Source: the human T2T-CHM13v2.0 reference genome, Homo sapiens. From it: a stretch of DNA of 64,000 nt. Location of the stretch: NCBI RefSeq assembly GCF_009914755.1, contig NC_060947.1; one strand, 5' to 3'. The translations under genes and the position numbers were made by a program. How positions within the stretch are numbered: the first letter of the stretch is position 1; each line of letters opens with the position of its first letter. Positions 54,211-64,000 of this stretch are shown piece by piece. The notes beneath the pieces were generated by a model, which saw only the letters and a program-made list of their open reading frames with translations, did no database searches and was not told where the DNA came from.

Positions 54211-54502
54211 GGCCGGGCGCGGTGGCTCACGCCTGTCATCCCAGCACTTTGGGAGGCCGAGGCGGGTGGATCACCTGACCTCAGGAGTTTGAGACCAGCC
54301 TGACCAACATGATGAAACCCCATCTCTACTAAAAATACAGAAATTGGCCGGGCATGGCAAGATCATGCCCCTGCACTCCAGCCTGGGTGGCAGAGTGAGA
54401 CTCCATCTGAAAAAAAAAAAAAAGGAAAGAAAGAAAGAGGAAAGAAAAAGAAAGAAAGAAGTAAGAAAGAGAAAAAAGAAAGAGAAAGAAAGAAAGAGGA
54501 AA

Positions 54503-54574
<72 letters not shown>

Positions 54575-54920
54575 AGAAAGAAAGAAAGAAGGAAAGAAAG
54601 AAAGAGAAGAAAGAAAGAAAAAAGAAAGAGAGAGGGAGGGAGGGAGGAAAGAAGGAAGGAAAGAAAGAAAAAGAAAGAAAGAAACAAAGAAAGAAGGAAA
54701 GAAGGAAAGGAGAGAGGGAAGTGGAAGGGAGGCAAGGGGGAGGGAGGGAGTGAAGGAGGGAGGGAAGGAAAGAAGGAAGGAAGGAAGGACAAAAGAAAGA
54801 GAGAGAGAAAGAAAAGAAGAAAGAAAGAAGAAAAGAAAGAAGAAAGAAAGGAAAGAAGAAAGAAAAGAAAGAGAAAAAGAAAGAAAGAAGGAAGGGAGAG
54901 AGGAAGGAAGGAAGGAAGAA
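54211..54920 (+). mobile_element. Internally deleted Alu with a ~500-bp (GAAA/GGAA)n tail
   Basis: Right arm jumps from ggcatggca to agatcatgcccctgc; aagg[g/c]catt flanks both ends. Confidence 0.9.
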
Positions 54921-56284
54921 AGGCCATTAAGATTCCCTAAGCTATGGAGAACATTGATCTATTATGGGTTTCTCATGCTGGTGACGGGGAGAAAGTGGCA
55001 GATGATTGGTGGACGGATGGATACCTGATTTCTCAGAGTCTTGTTATCTTCTGAGTGCCAGGCTATCATTTTATAGAGGAAGCTAATAGAAACGGTCTGG
55101 CAATGGGCCTGGGGTCATCCGCTGGTGAGTAGCCGAGCCTGGTTCTGACGATGCACGTACCTGGCCCACAGGTGGAGGCTGTTAGGGGATGTCATAGGTA
55201 AGCAACAGGCCTTGAGCAGTGCTACCTGGCACTCCACAGCGTGCTAACCACCCCAAATTTTGCAGAAATCCTATAACATAGAAACGTTAAGAAACCTCAG
55301 AGGCAACAGGACTTTCATCCAGAAAGGGCAGGTGCATGGTGAGTCCCCCTGTCTCATCAGCTGGGTAAGAACTGGGTGATATTTCTATTTCTACACACAG
55401 GCTGACTTAGAGGCTTGAAGGTCCATAGCTAAGATCAGGGTGGGTATGGCAGGTGCATGTTCTCCACGTGATTCCATCTCCTGACTGTGCTTTTTGGTAC
55501 CTGGAAAGATCGTCTGTCTCTGAAACGACGGTGTGTGTGCTGCGTTGAAGGTGAACACAGCCCACGGTCATCTCTGCTCTTTTGGAAAAGTCACCACACA
55601 TGTCCACAGATCCTTCCCGGCCAACTCTTTGGCAACTCCAGCAGCTGGGAGTCCATTTTCCTAATTTCTGCTTCTCACCGTAGTTCATAAATCAGAATGC
55701 AGATGAGAGACTCATGGTTAGTTTTCCGCAGCGAGCCCAGAACGTCGGAGCCCAGAAACTGCAGGAAGTCTCGGGCTGTGAATTTCTTGATGCTGACAAG
55801 TCAAACAGCTTAGAAATCATAATTATAAGTTACAAGTGGCTTAGGGGTTGTTCTCCGGACATAAAACTAATTTCATGTTTTTATTCATACTGTGTGAGAG
55901 AAAAGAGGGGAACGGGCTGGCGTTGGAGGGTGCTCCTGCAGATATCACAAGCTCCCTCTCTCAGCCTTAATGAGATCAGACGGCTTGCTTCCTTTTTTGT
56001 TACTGTCTGACTTGCCTTGAGGGGCTTTTGACGACTGTGTGGATGCTGCCCCTGCTTTTTTTCCGAGAGCGTACCTGTGAGGACGTGGCCAACCCAGGGG
56101 GTCTTCACCAATAGGACACCGCATTTGCCCCCAGCACTGTGGCCTCAACATATATCTCTGTAAGAGTCCCCTGGGCCTACCATAAAAAAAGGACCCCAAA
56201 CTGGGGGACTTGAAGCAGCAGAAATAAGATTCTCTGCTTGTTGAGGAGGCCAGAAGGCTGGAAGGAAGGGGTCCCTGGGGTTGA

Positions 56285-56636
<352 letters not shown>

Positions 56637-56836
56637 TCATGCCTTTCTCTTATGTTCTGGTGATCCCAGCCATCTTTGGTTTGCAGACGCGTCTTTCCAA
56701 TCTCTGCCGTCACCTTCATGGTCTTGATAGCTGTGTGTGTTTTTACGAACTCTCTCGTCTTGTTTATGAGAAGTCTAGTCATTAAATTGAAGGTTCACCC
56801 TAACCCAGTATGACCTCCTAGTCATTTACATCTTAA

Positions 56837-56967
56837 CCCACTTATTCCCAAGGTTGCAAGTTTTTTGAATTTTTGCAATCAGAGCTTGGTGATGACCTTC
56901 AGCCGTAGGATATCAATAACTTCCACAAGCCTAGTGTTCCATTATTGGAACACTAGGCATAAATGAG
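56837..56967. mobile_element. MER85 (non-autonomous piggyBac, PGBD3-derived)
   Basis: TTAA then ccca..tat; ggttgcaa..ttttgaatttttgcaatcaga; gttccattattggaac palindrome; ggcataaatg terminus. Confidence 0.88.
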
Positions 56968-57042
56968 TGTTTACATCTGCAAAGATCCTATTCCCAAGTA
57001 AAGTCCCCTTCACAGATACCGCGGTTAGAAATTGAGCATATT

Positions 57043-57496
<454 letters not shown>

Positions 57497-58694
57497 TTAG
57501 GTACCTACTACGTGCAGGTGCTCTGCCATATGAAACATCAAACAGAAAATGACAAAGCAACCAAGAAAAGGCTTAACTTTCGGCTGAGAGGACGGACGGT
57601 TGCCGTCACTGATTCGGCTTTTGTGTCTACAGCTGAACAGCCGAGGTGGTGTCACCACACTCTAGAGAGAAACCTCCTTAACCAGCAAGAGAAAGCAACT
57701 AGCTTGGTGTGCTGCAGAGACTTTAAGACTGGGGAGAAAGTTCAAGCAACATTCTGTAGCTTGCAAAACCAATCCAAGAAAATGAAATGAAAAACAAAAA
57801 ACAAAAACAAACAAAAAAAGGTAACCTATTGTCTTCTTGGATCTCCAGCCCTATAGTGGGAATGTGTTTCTCCAAAAATCATCTGTTTATCCGAAAAGGA
57901 AAAAAAAAATGAAACGATAAAACAACAGCAAACCTCAATACAGAATCTCGTTCTTCTAAGACACAGACTTCACTGTGCTGATATCGCTTTTAAAGGAGGA
58001 AATTCAGAATATATCCACGTCTGCCTTTCCTTTAAAGACTGTTCATTGCAGAGGAACGTGGCCCTGCCAGTTTGACCTGCCTAGCAGGACTCCAATCAGA
58101 AAAGATAAGAGCATGTTTAATTGATTAGTCAGAGTCTGTCCAGCGCTTTGAAGGTGAGGACTGAGATATTATTGTAATGATGAAGAGGGAGCTGTGATCT
58201 TTGGAGAATTTCTTCTCTCATGTAAGCCTCTTTCTCAATTTGATCTATGCTGCTCAAGTCTACTGCTGGGGTGTACAAATTACTGATCCCGATCAGTAGG
58301 AAGCACCTTACATATTCAGGCGTGGGTTGCTGAACCTCGAGGCATGAAACCAAAGACGGGCTACTGAGAGACGGGAGCTGTCTCCAGCTATCCTTCTGGG
58401 AAGACAGTCTCAAGATGGCACCCGCCATGCTGGAGGTTGCCCAGGCATCATTCTTTTCTCTGAGATGTGTTGGCTGATTTCTCTTCACGGAACACATGCC
58501 ACCTCCCCAGGGCAGCTCTTGAGGGAAATTCTTCCTGACACCTGTTGGAGCTTGAGCTATCTCCATGGTTTCTCTGAATCTTGACTGTTGCCATCAAACA
58601 GGTGTTAAATTATGGCATATTGTCATTGCTTTATCCTCAGATTCCACAACAGATCATAGGTCCTCTAAGGGGGATGACTATATGCTGTTTAATG

Positions 58695-58995
58695 CATAGA
58701 TTTGTTTTTTCAGAGCAGTTTTGGTTTCAGAGAAAGGGAGGGCAGAAAATAAAGAATTCCCCTATATCCCCTTCATTTTTCTCCCAGCAGTTTCTGCTAT
58801 TATTAACATCTTGAATTCAGGGAGGACATGCGTTGCAATTGATAAACCCATATTGATTATTATTCACTAAAGGTGATAGTTGACACTGAGGTCACTCTTG
58901 GCATTGTACGTAGTTTACACTGAGGTCAGTCTTGGTGTTCTACATCCTATGGGTTTGGACATACACAGAAGCTTCACGGCCCTAAAAATCATCTG
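58695..58995 (-). mobile_element. Old L1M (MC/MD-like) 3'UTR fragment
   Basis: ttttcagagcagtttt...tattattaacatcttg...tgcaattgataaaccc...ctatgggtttggac. Confidence 0.6.
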
Positions 58996-59477
58996 AGAGC
59001 CACTTATTTACCTACACCAACTGTATAGTTTTCTTCTCTGCATCACCAGTAGCACTGTGCCATAATCAATCATGAATCAATCAATCAGTCCTTGATCAAT
59101 CAGCTTAACATGCTGCTCAGTGTCTGGGGCTCCTCCAGAGCCAGGGTCACCTTAGTCCTGCTCTGTGGCTGCAGGCTGACTTATAGGGTAAGGGTGTGTG
59201 GGACTCCTGTGTCCCTGGATTTGGTCTATAGGAAGCCCCAGGAAGATGGCAGGAACAGAGATGCCACCTTCAGTCTGACAGTTGGCTTCTCAGGATGACT
59301 CCCTACAGGGATGGCAGGAGCTGGCCTCACCCGGCTCTTGAAGGCCATAGTCCTGACAGGTGGCCACATCTCCACCCCTAGACTGCTCTCTCTCCAGCTA
59401 CTGGAAACCCACTCCTCACAGCATAGTCACAAGTCTCCCCCACACTCTGCTCCCACGGATAAGATACTCTAGCCACT

Positions 59478-59841
<364 letters not shown>

Positions 59842-60326
59842 TCATCCCTGAGTAGTGGTTTCAGTTCCCTGCCAACCTATGGAATTGTCCAGAAAAGCCC
59901 ATCACCTTCTTCTGCAGGAACCAGGAGCCACCTCACCCACTTGTTCCTACAAAGCCTGCCTTTCATGGCTTCTGATGGTTCATTGTACTAGAATGCAACT
60001 TCACATGCATGCTGTAAAGGGTCCTCTTCCCCCATCTGTGCATAGACGTGAGCAATCAATGTGGTTGTAGCTGTCATGCCTCCAGTGCTACATGCCATGG
60101 TCAGCCATCCCTAGCATCCTAGCACAAGAAACCCTTTCTTACCAAAGCAATGGATAGGAGGCTGTCCATCCATTGCTTCCCAAAACCACCTGCTCCTTGT
60201 AGTAAATTGTGAGGATAAACAGGGCAGTGTTCCATTTTGGACTGCCTCTATATATTTAAATTATCTTTGACTTGGGACCCACAAGATTATGGAAGAAGAA
60301 CATGGGAAGCTTCCAGGAAACCTGGA

Positions 60327-60368
60327 TGTATTAGTCAGGGTTCTCTAGAGAGACAGAACTGATAAGAC
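60327..60368 (-). mobile_element. MLT2 LTR 3' terminus
   Basis: tgtattagtcagggttctctagagagacagaact. Confidence 0.8.
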
Positions 60369-60369
60369 G

Positions 60370-60377
60370 GATGGATG

Positions 60378-60434
<57 letters not shown>

Positions 60435-60534
60435 GTAATGGTAGTAGATACATACTTAGGTAGATAGAGGATGATAGATAGATAGATAGATAGACAGAGA
60501 GATGATGGTAATAGATACACACTTAGGTATATAG

Positions 60535-60579
<45 letters not shown>

Positions 60580-60673
60580 GATAGACAGATGATGGTAATA
60601 GATACATACTTAGGTAGATAGAGGATGATAGATAGATAGATGATGGTAATAGATACATAGGTAGATAGAAGAC

Positions 60674-60704
<31 letters not shown>

Positions 60705-60830
60705 TCATAGATACATAGATACATAGATACATAGATAGATGATGGTAATAGATACATACTTAGGTAGATAGAAGATAGATAGATGATAGATAGATGATGG
60801 TAATAGATACATACTTAGGTAGATAGAGGG

Positions 60831-60875
<45 letters not shown>

Positions 60876-61378
60876 CATAGATAGATAGATAGATAGATGA
60901 TGGTAATAGACACATACTTAGGTAGATAGAATATCATAGATAGATAGATAATGGTAGTAGATACATACTTAGGTAGATAGAATATCATAGATAGATAGAT
61001 AGATAATGGTAGTAGATACATACTTAGGTAGATAGAGGATGAGAGATAGATAGATAGATAGATAGATAGACAGATAACGGTAATAGATACATACTTAGGT
61101 AGATAGAGGATGAGAGATGGATAGATAGACAGATAATCGTAATAGGTACATACTTAGGTAGATAGAGGATGAGAGATAGATAGACAGATAGATAGACCGA
61201 TAGATAATGGTAATAGATACATACTTAGGTAGATAGAGGATGAGAGATAGATAGATAGATAGATAGACCGATAGATAATGGTAATAGATACATACTTAGG
61301 TAGATAGAAGATGATAGATAGATAGACAGACAGACAGATAATGGTAATAGATACATACTTAGGTAGATAGAGGATGAG

Positions 61379-61414
<36 letters not shown>

Positions 61415-61449
61415 GATGGTAATAGATACATAGGTAGATAGAGGATGAG

Positions 61450-61497
<48 letters not shown>

Positions 61498-61591
61498 GAT
61501 GGTAATAGATACATACTTAGGTAGATAGAATATCATAGATAGATAGATAGATAATGGTAGTAGATACATACTTAGGTAGATAGAGGATGAG

Positions 61592-61638
<47 letters not shown>

Positions 61639-61682
61639 CAGATAATGGTAATAGATACATACTTAGGTAGATAGAGGATGAG

Positions 61683-61718
<36 letters not shown>

Positions 61719-61836
61719 TGATAGACCGACAGATAATGGTAATAGATACATACTTAGGTAGATAGAAGATGATAGATAGATAGACAGACAGACAGATAAT
61801 GGTAATAGATACATACTTAGGTAGATAGAGGATGAG

Positions 61837-61886
<50 letters not shown>

Positions 61887-62033
61887 ATGATGGTAATAGA
61901 TACATACTTAGGTAGATAGAATATCATAGATAGATAATGGTAGTAGATACATACTTAGGTAGATAGAATATCATAGATAGATAGATAGATAGATAATGGT
62001 AGTAGATACATACTTAGGTAGATAGAGGATGAG

Positions 62034-62080
<47 letters not shown>

Positions 62081-62266
62081 CAGATAATGGTAATAGATAC
62101 ACACTTAGGTAGATAGAGGATGAGAGATAGATAGATAGATAGACCGATAGATAATGGTAATAGATACATACTTAGGTAGATAGAAGATGATAGATAGATA
62201 GACAGACAGACAGATAATGGTAATAGATACATACTTAGGTAGATAGAGGATGAGAGATAGATAGAT

Positions 62267-62313
<47 letters not shown>

Positions 62314-62490
62314 GATGGTAATAGATACATACTTAGGTAGACAGAGGATGAGAGATAGATAGATAGATAGACCGATAGATAATGGTAATAGATACATACT
62401 TAGGTAGATAGAAGATGATAGATAGACAGACAGACAGATAATGGTAATAGATAGATACTTAGGTAGATAGAGGATGAGAGATAGATAGAT

Positions 62491-62532
<42 letters not shown>

Positions 62533-62635
62533 CAGATAATGGTAATAGATACATACTTAGGTAGATAGAGGATGAGAGATGGATAGATAGACAGATAATG
62601 GTAATAGATACATACTTAGGTAGATAGAGGATGAG

Positions 62636-62666
<31 letters not shown>

Positions 62667-62773
62667 TAATGGTAATAGATACATACTTAGGTAGATAGAA
62701 GATGATAGATAGATAGACAGACAGACAGACAGATAATGGTAATAGATACATACTTAGGTAGATAGAGGATGAG

Positions 62774-62821
<48 letters not shown>

Positions 62822-62880
62822 GATGGTAATAGATACATACTTAGGTAGATAGAAGATAGACAGATACTGGATAGATAGAC
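60370..62880. repeat. 2.5-kb (GATA)n composite VNTR with ggtaatagatacatacttaggtagatagagg spacers
   Basis: Seen directly; >30 spacer copies. Confidence 0.98.
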
Positions 62881-63179
62881 GATGTAAAATCACTAGCAGC
62901 ACTTTTGGGAAAAGGTGTTGTATAAACTGGATCAAAGACTAACTCTGAGCTACACACATATGAAATCTCACCCAGAGGAGACCCCACTGCTCACAAAGAC
63001 CTCAGTCAGGAGCGGGCGAGCTGTATTTTTATGCTAAAATTTACACAAAGGGACGGCCCCAGGCTCTCCCTCCTTTGCAAGCTGTGGTCAGTCACGCCGT
63101 CTGGCCGAGGAATCCGGCTTTCACAGGGGGAAGCAAATAATAGGACGGGGAAACCGCAGGGTCCTTGGGCACTCAGAGC

Positions 63180-63555
63180 TGTCACTCATCACAAATCCAT
63201 AAAACAATTCGTGTGGAAGTAATGATATTGTTTAACCACTGTATTTTTGATTAATGTATAAATAATTTAACTGAGTATTTCTTGAGTTTTCAGCGTGTCT
63301 GCCATTATTTACCGGCCCTGTCATGACGGCTGCTGGTGCTCTGCCATATAAAACATCCTCAAGTCCGTCCGAGGAGGCTGGTGGGTTGTTAATGGTCTTA
63401 GGGGGAAACGGCATTGCAGCTATTAACAAGCCGATTAGCATAATCCATTGTGATATATCATCATCCAGAAGTTCATCTGTGCAACTCGATGGGACTGGGG
63501 AATGGCTCTGAAGATCTTATGATACAATAACTATCTATTTGATAAGCAATTAAAA
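63180..63555. promoter_or_regulatory. Candidate conserved non-coding enhancer
   Basis: Repeat-free; CCATAAAA (63197), TGATTAAT, GATTAG/TAATCC and CAATTAA homeodomain motifs. Confidence 0.45.
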
Positions 63556-63944
63556 AGATATTTTGAGACACGAGGAGTGAAGATAATGGAACGGAGAGGA
63601 GGAGGGAGGCATGAGGGTGCCACGCTTCAGGGGAACGCGTTTGCTGATGACGGATGGAGCTTGATTCAGCCTGAGCTGTGGATGTCAGTGGCATGTTTGG
63701 CTCCGGGAGCAGCGTGGGGTGGTGACCTAGAAGCTATGGTATTCACGCAGGACTCTCCGCATGACATCAGGAGGCAGGACAAAGCACCTGTCATTATGCC
63801 ACAACATCCTACTGCACTCACAGCTGCAAATCAAAGTATCTCAAAACCATTCTTGTTTCCATAGTCTTTGCCTTACACTATTCTGTGATACTGGGGGCAA
63901 CTGTCAGGATCTGGGTGTGGGGACTGATAAGTGTGGATCACAGA

Positions 63945-64000
63945 CTTCTTTTTTTCTTTGAGACGGAGTCTCACTCTTGTCGCCCAGGCTGGAGTGCAAT
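63945..64000 (-). mobile_element. Alu (cut by the window edge)
   Basis: tttgagacggagtctcactcttgtcgcccaggctggagtgcaat. Confidence 0.9.

Noticed and set aside
58129-58566. 145-aa ORF in unique sequence
   Set aside because: No recognisable domain or exon structure; length compatible with chance; a BLASTp/PhyloCSF check would settle it
60370-62880. CRISPR-like constant repeat with variable spacers
   Set aside because: The variable parts are only (GATA)n length variants; eukaryotic context; no cas genes

Overview
Primate (most likely human) non-coding genomic DNA. I found no credible protein-coding gene, RNA gene or CRISPR array. The long ORFs trace to Alu/L1/LTR sequence, tandem repeats or low-complexity tracts. 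The window holds about 45 Alu copies or fragments, several L1 3' ends, MLT1/MLT2/MST/THE1/ERV1-type LTRs, MER1/MER58/MER85 DNA transposons, about 8 large minisatellites and many microsatellites. Four short repeat-free, homeobox-motif-rich islands (~2.1, 16.0, 34.3 and 63.2 kb) look like conserved enhancers. VNTR density, tandem MLT1-derived (STIR-like) units and a recurrent TGTAATCCC>TGTCATCCC change in Alus suggest pseudoautosomal region 1, plausibly the gene desert downstream of SHOX (inference, not aligned). There is no evidence for a new gene system. The most unusual signals are (i) many short local templated duplications and inversions that copy a repeat together with its flank 0.3-9 kb away, one pair bracketing a putative enhancer, (ii) a strong A/T>C/G substitution signature, and (iii) VNTRs that multiply TF motifs. 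Repeat subfamily names come from recalled consensus sequences, and boundaries are approximate (+/-10-20 bp).
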